Shown: positions 1 through 10,060, counted from the first letter of the stretch. The stretch: 42,822 bases of DNA from Aeromonadales bacterium (GCA_011322365.1 DRNA01000142.1:1-42822); one strand, 5' to 3'. A program made the numbers and translations. Notes: generated by a model from the sequence alone, not told the origin.

Positions 1-2
1 AA

Positions 3-500
3 TTTCTTGCTGATTCTGGCACCGTGGATGCGTTCGGACACAGTCAACTGGGCGGCGTTGCGCCGGTAATAGCCAATATGGTCAAAGAGAAACTGGGTTA
101 TAAATATCACTGGGCAGTTTCAGATTACCTGCAACGAGCGGCCAGACATATCGCTTCAAAAACAGACGTAGAACAGGCCTATGCTATGGGAAAAGCCGCC
201 ATGGAATTTGCCCTGGCCGGAAAAAATGCCACTCTACCCATTATTAAAAGAGACAGTCAGCAACCCTATAGTTGGTCCATCGGTGAAGCGGCTCTGGGTG
301 ATGTCGCTAACGTAGAAAAAATGCTACCGCAAGATTACATCACCGACGATGGTTTCGGCATCACCGAAAAAGCCCGCGCCTACCTGCAACCCTTAATTTT
401 AGGTGAAGACTATCCACCCTATAAAAATGGCTTACCTGACTATGTGGTATTAAACAATATTCTGGTAGAAAAAAAACTGAAAGAAGGATTTGATATTTAA
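3..500 (+). CDS. 6-phosphofructokinase, probably PPi-dependent type (5'-truncated by window edge)
   Basis: Frame is open from the window start (FLADSGTVDAFGHSQLGG). Motifs DAFGHxQLGG, DYLQRAARH, ANVEKxLP and YLQPLILGE are typical of the proteobacterial/methanotroph Pfp-type PFK C-terminus. The ATP/PPi specificity motif lies outside the window. Confidence 0.85.
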   Translation, partial: FLADSGTVDAFGHSQLGGVAPVIANMVKEKLGYKYHWAVSDYLQRAARHIASKTDVEQAYAMGKAAMEFALAGKNATLPIIKRDSQQPYSWSIGEAALGDVANVEKMLPQDYITDDGFGITEKARAYLQPLILGEDYPPYKNGLPDYVVLNNILVEKKLKEGFDI

Positions 501-510
501 ATAAATTAAA

Positions 511-903
511 ATGAACCGCATCCCCACAAAAATTATTGTATGGGTATATACCTATTGGATATTATTGATTAATTTACTGGTCGCTTTAACCTCGCCCGTT
601 TTAACCGGCCGTTATGATTATTCCTTCATCATTCCAAATACGGTTTTCGCTGTTATCTGTGCAACAACTCAATTGCATGTTCACCTGGTCAACAATAAAC
701 AACCGGTGACATTTTTTCGCCAGTTATTTTATTTTCACATAGTGACCATTTTCTATGTCTTTATCAGCATGTTCATTTTGGATGATGGCTCTATCACTTT
801 TTTGGGTGTGGTAGTTTTATTGGCTCTCAGTCTATTTATCGCCATTCCATTAGCTTTAATAGCGCTATTCGTCTACAAACGTATTTTAAAATATGATATT
901 TAA
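511..903 (+). CDS. Hypothetical inner-membrane protein (about 4 TM helices)
   Basis: 130-aa ORF starting 10 bp after the pfk stop, with four hydrophobic stretches and no recognisable motif. Confidence 0.6.
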   Translation: MNRIPTKIIVWVYTYWILLINLLVALTSPVLTGRYDYSFIIPNTVFAVICATTQLHVHLVNNKQPVTFFRQLFYFHIVTIFYVFISMFILDDGSITFLGVVVLLALSLFIAIPLALIALFVYKRILKYDI

Positions 904-1242
904 CAAAGTCTACAGCTTGGAGTTTCCTATGGATACTACCAGCTAAACATCAGGCATCAATATGAAAAATCAATTTATATTTTAAATTTAAGCTTAAATT
1001 TGATGTTTCTATATCTACTTTTATCAATTGCTTCATAGTGTTATCTATAAAATATCTAAGTGACCGTTTTGCTAACTATAGCCATATTGATTACCTTTTA
1101 TAAAACAAACTAAAATGCTTCTAATTATTCTATCCCAAATTGATAATTTTGTTTACTTGATTATCTTAATCAATCTAGGGTAAATTACCCAAACTATATA
1201 GGCTAGCAGAAAGAATATGCAACAAAATAAAGGAAGCATAGA

Positions 1243-2598
1243 ATGAGTTTAAAAAACCATCCACCAATGTCCAGTCAACAGGGTAAGTCCAAATATTTTA
1301 AAAAGAATTCTGGATTTGCATTCGACTCCCTTGAATCCGTTAGAAAGAAATTACTCGATTTAAGTGGTCGTAACACACTATTAAATTACAGGCATCCAAA
1401 GGCAAGTTGTATCCGGTTAATTGATGAGTTACCCGATCAAATATATGAAGTCTTAACTTTAGGAAAAGTTTTTACCTTTATTCCGGTTCCTGAACCAACA
1501 GAACGAGAATTAATAGAGGCCGGATATATTGAAGTCGACCCTGTTTCAAAGCAGAAAACATCGATTGAGTATCCAACTGCGGAGCAATGGGCTAAATATC
1601 TTGGGTTAGATACTCGTTATGATTTACCTGAAGCTGAAATTACAGATGATAGAATAGAGAAACATCAGGATACTAATTTACAAACTTTGTTGTATGCAGC
1701 TGAGTTGGAGGCTCGTCTTAGAAGTATTCGTAGTAAAGCGGAAACAGCCATAGAAGAAAGTGGCAGCAATATTCTTTATTTGGCTTTGGGTTTTTTAGAG
1801 TGGTATGAAAGTCGTGATTCTGATGTTAAACGAATGGCTCCGTTATTTACACTGCCTGTTCAGCTCGAAAGATCTAAGCTGGACAGGTCGCAAGGAGTTT
1901 ACCGGTACACACTAACGCTTAAAGATGACGGTCTATTAACAAATATAACTTTTCTTGAAAAATTGGCACATGATTTCGATCTTATCTTGCCTCTTATTGA
2001 TGAGGATTTATCGCCTGAAGTTTATTATCGGAATATCAAAAATACTATATTAGAACATCAACCGAAATGGAAAATACGCAGGCAAGCAAGCTTGGTCCTT
2101 CTTAATTTTGCTAAACAGGCAATGTATCAGGATTTAAATCCTGATAACTGGCCAGATGATTCTCGTATTGATAATCATGAATTAATTAAAATGTTTTTTG
2201 GCGGGAAAACTGAATCGAGTGGGGGGGATGGTTTGTCTTATGCAACTGAACATCCAATTGATGATATTCAAGATGCTCATGATAAATTCCCATTAATTTA
2301 TGATGCAGATAGTTCTCAGCATAGCGCGCTGATTGATGCTGTGGAAGGTCATAACCTGGTTATAGAAGGGCCACCAGGTTCTGGAAAGTCACAGACAATT
2401 ACAAATTTAATATCAGCTTGTATCGCAAATGGTAAAAAAGTTCTTTTTGTAGCTGAGAAAATGGCTGCATTAAATGTTGTAAAGAATCGATTGGACAAAG
2501 CTGACTTAGGTGATTTTTGTTTAGAGCTGCATAGTCATAAAACTCATAAGCTGAAAATACTTCAGGATTTAACAAAAAGGTTAAATAAACAAAAGTGA
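1243..2598 (+). CDS. N-terminal fragment: DUF4011 plus helicase motif I
   Basis: Shine-Dalgarno-like AAGGAAG upstream; LLDLSGRN, APLFTLPVQL, ADSSQHSA, GPPGSGKSQT, CLELHS. Confidence 0.75.
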   Translation: MSLKNHPPMSSQQGKSKYFKKNSGFAFDSLESVRKKLLDLSGRNTLLNYRHPKASCIRLIDELPDQIYEVLTLGKVFTFIPVPEPTERELIEAGYIEVDPVSKQKTSIEYPTAEQWAKYLGLDTRYDLPEAEITDDRIEKHQDTNLQTLLYAAELEARLRSIRSKAETAIEESGSNILYLALGFLEWYESRDSDVKRMAPLFTLPVQLERSKLDRSQGVYRYTLTLKDDGLLTNITFLEKLAHDFDLILPLIDEDLSPEVYYRNIKNTILEHQPKWKIRRQASLVLLNFAKQAMYQDLNPDNWPDDSRIDNHELIKMFFGGKTESSGGDGLSYATEHPIDDIQDAHDKFPLIYDADSSQHSALIDAVEGHNLVIEGPPGSGKSQTITNLISACIANGKKVLFVAEKMAALNVVKNRLDKADLGDFCLELHSHKTHKLKILQDLTKRLNKQK

Positions 2599-2671
2599 AT
2601 ACAGGTCCCCATCTAGTATAAAAGCTGATATAGAGCGCTATGAAGATTTAAAAGAAAAATTAAGCGAATAT

Positions 2672-5600
2672 ATGCAGGAGATAAATAGTAAATGGGAAAA
2701 TACAGGTCTTACGATTCATGAGATTTTGAATAAAGCTACACGATACCGCGAGCACTACGGTATTAATCCCGACATTTTAAAAATTGAAGGGATTAATGGT
2801 CAGGTATTAACTCAGGTAAAACAGAAGGAATTAATCGATCAGGCTGATATGTTGGCCAATATATATGATCAGATTTCTGAGCAGGCAAAAGATTCTGTAA
2901 TAGCAAATCACTATTGGTATGGTGTGAATAATGCTGAGTTAAAAGGTTATCAATTAGATGAATTAAATTCTCATTTAAATACCTGGTCAGACAGTCTTCA
3001 GAAGATGTACCAATACTGGTCTGGTATCGTATCAGAATATCAATTGAATATTGATGCAAATACATCGCTTAGTGAGATACAGGGGTTTATAGCATCATTA
3101 GGTCAATTGCCAGGCCTGAATGGGGATGAGGTACTGTCTGATATTACATATATCAATACTCATAACGACCAGTTTGCCCATATGATTGAAGAGTATAAGC
3201 GTATACATTGCGTTATTGATAGCTTAAGCGATGCAATAAATTCTGAGTTTGTGAATAAGCCAGAGTCTACCAGTATACTGACTAGTTGCTTAAGTGTATT
3301 TCAGAGGCTTGGGGTCGGTTCTGATATTACATTAGATGAAATATCCGATGATACTAATAAACTGAGTCAGTTAAATGAATTAATTAAAACACTTAAGAAG
3401 CAATTTGATCAGATAAGAGTAAGTGTGCCGGGAGATTTAAAGCTTTGTTTTGAAGTTACACCAAACGGGCTTAAAGAATTCTCAGTTTTAATTACTTTGA
3501 TTAATAAGCTGCCTGCTGAGTTATGGCGGCACAGAGATGAATTGTTTGATAACCCTGATCTTGATGGCTTACTTAGTCAGCTTACCAATAAACTTCGTGA
3601 TCTTACACCTATACATCAAGAATTGCTTGATGAGTTTAGTTTACATCGGTTGCCCAGTAGTGATGAGCTAGTTAAATATAAAGAAATATTAGATAGCGCC
3701 GGATTATTCTGTATATTCTCAAGTGAGTGGCGTAATACTAAAAAATCTGTACTTAATTTATCGGCTAAACCGAAGCCTGATAAAAAGAAATTATTAAGCC
3801 ACCTCTCGGATTTAATCTCTTATGTACAGGGTGTTGAGGAGATGGATAAATTAAATAATCAAGATCCTATACTTAATGAGCTGTATCGTGGAATTGATAC
3901 ACCAATGGATAGAATTATTGCATTAAGAGAGTGGTTTCAGGCTGTTAGAAATGAATATGGAGTCGGGTTTGGAGATCGTGTTTCTATAGCTAATGCGTTG
4001 CTTGTTCTTGATAGAAATCTGGCTATCAGTATTGTCGATGTTGCTAAACATGGTTTATTGGGTGAAGTTGACTCTGTCTCTGCAATTCTACGAAATATGG
4101 TAGGTAAATATACAGAGTTTCAGGGATTTAATAACGATCAGGTTCATTTGGATGGTGAAAATAATCCAGTTAATGAATTGCGAGAGTTTCTTGTATCCAG
4201 TGTAGAAAAGCTGTCACATGTCATAGTGGGTAATAATTTGACAATTTATAAAATGTTATCAATGAATGATCAGCTAAAAACACTTCATAAAGATATAGGT
4301 GCATGGCTTCAAAGTGAAACATCACAGCATTTTGTGCCTGGTATCTTACCTCTTTCAATGAGGTCAGGTGAATTTTCTGATAAGTATTATACAGCTTCAA
4401 ATAATACTTTAAACATATCTAAGATATTAATGGATAGTCCTGCACTTACTAACTCCATAGTCAGTTCCCCGAATTCTGAAAGATATAATGATTTGCGTAA
4501 ATGCTTGCCTGAACTTAAGAATTTTGAATTAGATCTTATTAAGAATAGAGATTTGTTCGTGAAACTGGGCAAAGTGAATTTATCTGAATGGTTTGAACTG
4601 TCTGGTGATGAAATAAATAATATTTTACTCAGAAATAGATTGGCACTGGATAACCCTAATTGGTTAAATACCTGGCTTGATTATGTGAGGTTAAGAGAAA
4701 AATTATATTCAAAAGGCTTAAATAATATTATAGATGGCCTGGAGTCTGAAAAAATACAGACCAAAGATCTAAAGGATATTCTTCAGCTGATTATGTATCA
4801 TCAGTTGGCTGAAGAGATATTTTCTGAACATAGTTATTTGTCTCAGTTTAGTGGTATGGAGCAAATGGCTATTCGTGAAAAATATCAGGAATATGATCGA
4901 AAGTTAATGTCGCTTCAGCGTCAAAAAATTGCATATAAGTCTTCAAGAACCAAGCCACCTGTTGGCAATTCTAGCAGTAAAGTATCAACATTTACTGAAA
5001 CATCGCTAATTAAACACGAAGCAGGTAAAAAGACGCGGCACGTTGCCGTAAGAAGTCTCCTAAAACGGGCAGGGAAGTCAATACAGGCGCTCAAGCCCTG
5101 CTTTATGATGAGTCCAATGTCTGTTGCTCAGTATCTGGTGCCAGGGCAGTTTAAGTTTGACCTAGTAGTTATGGATGAGACATCACAGATTAGGCCAGAG
5201 GATGCATTAGGCTCTATAGCTCGTGGATCTAAATTAGTGGTTGTTGGTGATCCTAAACAGCTACCACCTACGACCTTTTTTAGTAGAACGCTGACGAATG
5301 AAGATAGTGAAGATGCTGTGGCATTAGAAGAGTCTGAAAGTATTCTTGAATCAGTAATTCCTATGTTCAAGACGCGTCGTCTGCGTTGGCATTATCGTTC
5401 AAGGCATGAGTCTTTAATCGCATTTTCAAACCAGAATTTTTATGATTCTAACTTAATACTGTTTCCATCACCTTTTCAGCAATCTGAAGAATTTGGTATT
5501 CGATTTAAACGTGTACCTAGGGGGCGCTTTCATGCTCGTCGCAATGTGGAAGAAGCTCGTAAGGTCGTTAATGCAGTTTCTGAACAGTTAAAGAAAAATC

Positions 5601-6736
5601 CTCATGAATCAGTTGGTGTTGTGGCAATGAACACTGAGCAACAAGCTGAGATTGAGGCCCAACTAGATCAGTTGGCGAAGGATGATCCATTTTTAGCTGA
5701 GGCCAGGGATATGAATCGAACTTCTGATGAGCCCTTGTTTATTAAAAACCTTGAAAATGTACAGGGTGATGAGAGAGATGTCATCATGATCTCCATGACC
5801 TATGGGCCTGAACAGGTAGGAAGTAGCACGATGCATCAGAGATTTGGGCCTATAAATTCAAATGTGGGCTGGCGTCGTCTTAATGTATTGTTTACTCGCT
5901 CTAAGAAAAGGATGCATATATTCTCAACCATGTCATCTGGTCATATACGGGCTAGTAACAGTAGTAGTCGTGGACTGAAGGCTTTAAAAGCGTTTCTTGA
6001 GTATTGTGAAACCGGTCATTTAAATCAGTCCGTTCATACAGGCAAACCGGCAGATAGTGATTTCGAGATAGCAGTAATGCGAGAATTAACTCAACATGGA
6101 TATGAATGTGAACCACAATTAGGTGTGGCAGGTTATTATCTTGATCTAGCCGTACGTGACCCAGGCCAACCAGGACGATTTTTGATGGGGGTTGAATGTG
6201 ATGGTGCAACTTATCACTCAGCAAAATCTACCCGTGACAGAGATAGGCTGCGTCAGGAAATTTTAGAGAATCTCGGCTGGAGAATAAGGCGTATTTGGTC
6301 GACTGACTGGTTTAAGAACCCGAAGGCTCAAATCCAACCAATTCTTCAGGATCTTGATAAATTAAAGACACCAATTGTAGAAGCAGATGACCTAGTTCAC
6401 AAAGGTGAAGTGGTGAGTGAGAAAGTTATATCAGCAACACAGGAGCTGTTAGATTTACCTGTAGATGAATATCAATATGATACCGACAATAATATTGACT
6501 TAAAAGAACGTTTGGTGTCTTTCTCTAAAAACATAATCAATAAAAATCTACCTCATGTGAATGATGATCATCGATTATTACGCCCTGCGATGATAGAAGC
6601 ATTACTAAATCACCTTCCGTGTTCTAAGGCTGAGTTTCTAGAAAAAATGCCCGCTTATCTTCGAATAAGCACGGATGTACAAGAGGCTCAACAATACTTA
6701 GATGATGTATTGGAATTAATAGCAGATTATGGATAA
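2672..6736 (+). CDS. C-terminal fragment: helical insertion, helicase motifs II-VI, Vsr-like nuclease, HRDC-like tail
   Basis: Motifs as listed for the full gene. No convincing RBS before 2672, and the frame extends upstream to 2585. Confidence 0.7.
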   Translation: MQEINSKWENTGLTIHEILNKATRYREHYGINPDILKIEGINGQVLTQVKQKELIDQADMLANIYDQISEQAKDSVIANHYWYGVNNAELKGYQLDELNSHLNTWSDSLQKMYQYWSGIVSEYQLNIDANTSLSEIQGFIASLGQLPGLNGDEVLSDITYINTHNDQFAHMIEEYKRIHCVIDSLSDAINSEFVNKPESTSILTSCLSVFQRLGVGSDITLDEISDDTNKLSQLNELIKTLKKQFDQIRVSVPGDLKLCFEVTPNGLKEFSVLITLINKLPAELWRHRDELFDNPDLDGLLSQLTNKLRDLTPIHQELLDEFSLHRLPSSDELVKYKEILDSAGLFCIFSSEWRNTKKSVLNLSAKPKPDKKKLLSHLSDLISYVQGVEEMDKLNNQDPILNELYRGIDTPMDRIIALREWFQAVRNEYGVGFGDRVSIANALLVLDRNLAISIVDVAKHGLLGEVDSVSAILRNMVGKYTEFQGFNNDQVHLDGENNPVNELREFLVSSVEKLSHVIVGNNLTIYKMLSMNDQLKTLHKDIGAWLQSETSQHFVPGILPLSMRSGEFSDKYYTASNNTLNISKILMDSPALTNSIVSSPNSERYNDLRKCLPELKNFELDLIKNRDLFVKLGKVNLSEWFELSGDEINNILLRNRLALDNPNWLNTWLDYVRLREKLYSKGLNNIIDGLESEKIQTKDLKDILQLIMYHQLAEEIFSEHSYLSQFSGMEQMAIREKYQEYDRKLMSLQRQKIAYKSSRTKPPVGNSSSKVSTFTETSLIKHEAGKKTRHVAVRSLLKRAGKSIQALKPCFMMSPMSVAQYLVPGQFKFDLVVMDETSQIRPEDALGSIARGSKLVVVGDPKQLPPTTFFSRTLTNEDSEDAVALEESESILESVIPMFKTRRLRWHYRSRHESLIAFSNQNFYDSNLILFPSPFQQSEEFGIRFKRVPRGRFHARRNVEEARKVVNAVSEQLKKNPHESVGVVAMNTEQQAEIEAQLDQLAKDDPFLAEARDMNRTSDEPLFIKNLENVQGDERDVIMISMTYGPEQVGSSTMHQRFGPINSNVGWRRLNVLFTRSKKRMHIFSTMSSGHIRASNSSSRGLKALKAFLEYCETGHLNQSVHTGKPADSDFEIAVMRELTQHGYECEPQLGVAGYYLDLAVRDPGQPGRFLMGVECDGATYHSAKSTRDRDRLRQEILENLGWRIRRIWSTDWFKNPKAQIQPILQDLDKLKTPIVEADDLVHKGEVVSEKVISATQELLDLPVDEYQYDTDNNIDLKERLVSFSKNIINKNLPHVNDDHRLLRPAMIEALLNHLPCSKAEFLEKMPAYLRISTDVQEAQQYLDDVLELIADYG

Positions 6737-6747
6737 AGGATAACAGC

Positions 6748-7911
6748 TTACCACCGAGCCTTACCAATATAAGTACTTTTGATAAGATGATTAAATAGAT
6801 CAACCTGTTCTTCAGAAAACTGTTTATTTTTTTCAGTATTTATTTCTCTTACTGCCGTCATTAAGGTTTTTTTATAGGATCGATCGGCACGATCACTGGT
6901 GATTGCTATAAAAGTATCGGTCATAGCAAGGATAACCGCACCAATGGGGATATCATCACCGTCTAATCTATCAGGATAACCTTTGCCATCATAACGTTCA
7001 TGGTGACATTTTAAAATATTGGCCGCCTCTGAAAATCCGGGGATCTGATTGAGTAACCCTGCCGCAATATGAACATGGTTTTGTACAATTTTAGTTTCCT
7101 TTTCATTCAGAGCCGATGATTTATTTAAAATATGTTCGGGAACCATACGCATACTGAATTCATGCACAAATACTGCAGCTTTTAACTGGATCTCATCCAC
7201 GGCATTTGAAAATTGCTGATTTAAATCTTCACTCAGTTGCAGGGTACGCTGAAGGCGAATAGGACGCCATTCATCCAGCACATAAGCAGTAGTCACCAGA
7301 TCTTCAAAAAATGACAATGAATCTGTCATTTTTTCCGCTTTCATCAGCTCACATTTCGATACATTGTGTTCTTCATGCATTGAAGTTTGTTGCTCTTTTT
7401 CAAGTCGCTGTTGTTGATCGGTTGTGGCTATCTCCAGAGAAAAATGTGCCTGTAAAATAGCATCGGTGCAAAGACCGGCAAGCTTAACACGGTCAGCATC
7501 ATCGGCATGGTGAACAGCTGAGGTTAGTTGTGCCAGCTGATTAAGTAATTGCTGATCACCCAAACCATTATTCATAATGTTTCGAAGCACTTCATCGGTC
7601 TCATGTATAACGGCCTGAAAAAATTCTCCATAACTGGCGTGATAGGGATAAGAGCCATCCCTGACATCGGTGACAATTTCCTCTAATTCGTGCAGGGATT
7701 CGACAATGGGAGCCAGAAAAACCATATTACAATTCCCTTTCACAGAATGAACCGCTCGAAAAAGCTCATTCAAATCATCCATATTATTATTTTCCGCAAG
7801 TCTGTCCACGCAACCATCCATAATTTCAATGGATTCCTGCGTACTGGCATAAAAATCTTCTTTAAGCTCTTGCTCGAGTTGGTCAAACTCCGGGCAGTTA
7901 AAATCCATCAT
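6748..7911 (-). CDS. Hpt domain + HD-GYP family protein with degenerate HD motif
   Basis: N-terminal CheA-P1/Hpt motif LFRAVHSVKG. C-terminal HHERYDGKGYP...IPIGAVILAMTDTF; the HD position reads HE (VHEFSM). ATG start at 7911 or 7908 (ORF track uses TTG at 7917). Confidence 0.85.
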   Translation of the reverse strand: MMDFNCPEFDQLEQELKEDFYASTQESIEIMDGCVDRLAENNNMDDLNELFRAVHSVKGNCNMVFLAPIVESLHELEEIVTDVRDGSYPYHASYGEFFQAVIHETDEVLRNIMNNGLGDQQLLNQLAQLTSAVHHADDADRVKLAGLCTDAILQAHFSLEIATTDQQQRLEKEQQTSMHEEHNVSKCELMKAEKMTDSLSFFEDLVTTAYVLDEWRPIRLQRTLQLSEDLNQQFSNAVDEIQLKAAVFVHEFSMRMVPEHILNKSSALNEKETKIVQNHVHIAAGLLNQIPGFSEAANILKCHHERYDGKGYPDRLDGDDIPIGAVILAMTDTFIAITSDRADRSYKKTLMTAVREINTEKNKQFSEEQVDLFNHLIKSTYIGKARW

Positions 7912-8001
7912 AAACAATCGGTTGTTTTAATTATGGCTAACTCCATTATGGCAAAAATCTAACAAATCTCCACTTATCGGTACCTGTTCCGAAAAAATAA
8001 C

Positions 8002-8025
8002 AAAAAAGGACCCGAAGGTCCTTTT
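8002..8025 (-). terminator. Rho-independent terminator of hppA
   Basis: Minus strand reads AAAAGGACC-TTCG-GGTCCTTTTTT: a perfect stem, a C(UUCG)G loop and a U tract, 40 bp after the hppA stop. Confidence 0.9.
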
Positions 8026-8065
8026 GATGATATTAGCCGGTAACTATCAGCTGTGTACTAAAAAA

Positions 8066-10060
8066 TTACAGTTCAAGCAATGGTGCAATCACTAATGAGA
8101 CAATGGCCATTACATTAATAAGGATATTCATTGAAGGGCCAGAAGTATCCTTATAGGGATCACCTACAGTATCACCAACTACTGTTGCGGTATGGGTATC
8201 ACTCCCTTTGCCACCATGATGACCTTTTTCAACATGCTTTTTGGCGTTATCCCAGGCACCACCGGCATTCGCCATTTTCAGGGCTAACAATACTGCAGTT
8301 AACAAAGCACCGGCCAACAGACCACCCAGTGCTTCTGCTCCTAATGTAAAGCCGACCAATGGTGGTGCAGCAACTGCAATCACGCCTGGAAGGATCATTT
8401 TTTTCAGGGCAGCAGTAGTAGCGATATCCACACAACGATCACTATCAGGCTCGGCTTTACCTTCTAGTAAACCGGTAATTTCCTTAAACTGGCGACGAAT
8501 TTCAGTAATCATCTCCATAGCCGCATCACCCACCGCAGTCATGGTCAAAGCCGCAATCAAATAAGGAATAATACCACCAATAAATAACCCCATCAGTACC
8601 ATAGGCTCATTCAATGCCAGAGTAAAATCAGGATTTTTGTGCAACATGGTCTGTTGAAAGGCTGAAATAATGGCCAACGCAGCTAACGCGGCTGCACCAA
8701 TAGCAAAACCTTTGCCAATTGCCGCTGTAGTATTGCCCAGCTCATCCAGCGAGTCGGTAATTTTACGGGTTTCTTCACCCATACCACTCATTTCAGCAAT
8801 ACCACCGGCATTATCAGCCACAGGACCATAAGCATCAATAGCCATAGTGATACCAACCGTTGCCAGCATCCCTACCGCTGAGATACCTACGCCATATAAA
8901 CCAGCGAGATTGGTCGATACACCAATGATAGCCACAATAATTAACACCGGTACCACCACCGACTGTTTACCGACTGACAAACCAGTAATAATTACCGTTG
9001 CGGCACCAGTATTACCCGAGGCGGCAATATCGCGGATAGGTTTTGAGGAAGTATAATATTCCGTTACCAGTCCGATACCAATACCACCGATAGCACCAGC
9101 GAGTACTGCATACCAGACATTAGTAGAGACCTGTTGCTGAACAATGAGAAAATAAGCCGCTATAATAAATAACACTGCCGCAAATATAGTCCCTATTCTC
9201 AATGCCACTTCCGGGCTTTTTGAAGACATCATTTTTACCAGGAAGATCCCCAGCAAAGATGCCACCAGTCCTGTTGAAGCTAAAGCTAAAGGTAAAAACA
9301 TCAATTTGGATTGAGTTCCAAGAACGGAGGCTGTCATAGTCGAAGCAATGGCCATACTGGCAATCATAGAGCCACAATAGGATTCAAATATATCCGAGCC
9401 CATTCCAGCCACATCACCCACATTATCACCCACATTATCAGCAATAACGCCAGGATTTCTTGGATCGTCTTCCGGGATGCCGGCTTCCAGTTTACCTACC
9501 AGATCAGCACCTACGTCAGCACTTTTAGTAAAAATACCACCACCAACTCTGGAAAATAAAGCCACCGTCGAGGCACCCATACCAAAACCTTCAATAGCAT
9601 GAATATCGTGTGCGCCAAAGAAATAAAACAACACTCCCAGACCCAATAAACCAAGTGATGCCACACTTAGGCCCATTATAGAACCCCCAAAAAAGGCCAC
9701 CGTTAAAGCTGAAGATGCACCCTTCTCATGAGCCGCAATGGTTGTGCGAATATTCGCTTTTGTGGCAGCATACATGCCCACATAACCGGCAATGGCTGAT
9801 GACAGGGCCCCGGCTACAAAAGCAATAGCCGTATTTTGACCGAGATAAATATAAAGCAAAATGGTTAACACAATGGCAAATATAGTTAACATTTTAAATT
9901 CTCGTTGCATAAACACCATGGCTCCGGAATGGATCTGGGCGCCAATTTTGGCGACCAGACCATCCCCTGCAGGATACTTATGCACAATTCTGTAAATAAT
10001 AAAAGCCGCAAACAGGCCGATTAAGCCAAGTACTGGAGGCACATATAACGTGTAATCCAT
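8066..10060 (-). CDS. hppA: Membrane-bound ion-translocating pyrophosphatase, K+-dependent (likely Na+-PPase)
   Basis: [61 protein letters not shown]. The GNTTAA signature (Ala, not Lys) marks the K+-dependent subfamily. Confidence 0.95.
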   Translation of the reverse strand: MDYTLYVPPVLGLIGLFAAFIIYRIVHKYPAGDGLVAKIGAQIHSGAMVFMQREFKMLTIFAIVLTILLYIYLGQNTAIAFVAGALSSAIAGYVGMYAATKANIRTTIAAHEKGASSALTVAFFGGSIMGLSVASLGLLGLGVLFYFFGAHDIHAIEGFGMGASTVALFSRVGGGIFTKSADVGADLVGKLEAGIPEDDPRNPGVIADNVGDNVGDVAGMGSDIFESYCGSMIASMAIASTMTASVLGTQSKLMFLPLALASTGLVASLLGIFLVKMMSSKSPEVALRIGTIFAAVLFIIAAYFLIVQQQVSTNVWYAVLAGAIGGIGIGLVTEYYTSSKPIRDIAASGNTGAATVIITGLSVGKQSVVVPVLIIVAIIGVSTNLAGLYGVGISAVGMLATVGITMAIDAYGPVADNAGGIAEMSGMGEETRKITDSLDELGNTTAAIGKGFAIGAAALAALAIISAFQQTMLHKNPDFTLALNEPMVLMGLFIGGIIPYLIAALTMTAVGDAAMEMITEIRRQFKEITGLLEGKAEPDSDRCVDIATTAALKKMILPGVIAVAAPPLVGFTLGAEALGGLLAGALLTAVLLALKMANAGGAWDNAKKHVEKGHHGGKGSDTHTATVVGDTVGDPYKDTSGPSMNILINVMAIVSLVIAPLLEL

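Larger units (their letters stand above)
1243..6736 (+). pseudogene. DUF4011 - SF1 (Upf1/DNA2-like) helicase - Vsr/DUF559-like nuclease protein of the Hhe defence type, split by a +1 frameshift at about 2585-2595
   Basis: ORF 1243-2598 has the DUF4011 motif LLDLSGRNTLLN and Walker A GPPGSGKSQT. ORF 2672-6736 has helicase motifs (MMSPMSVAQY, VMDETSQ, GDPKQLPP, HYRS, ENVQGDERD, RRLNVLFTRSK) and the nuclease segment DSDFE...DLAV...VECDGATYH...DRLRQEILENLGWRIRRIWSTDW. Frame 2 is open from 2585; removing one base from AAAA (2591-2594) fuses the two into a 1830-aa protein. Confidence 0.85.

Noticed and set aside
2793-6224. Short antisense ORFs inside the helicase gene
   Set aside because: No motifs or RBS; shadow ORFs of a long coding region.
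8131-9559. Several 60-107 aa ORFs overlapping hppA
   Set aside because: Antisense or alternate-frame shadows of a conserved membrane-protein gene.
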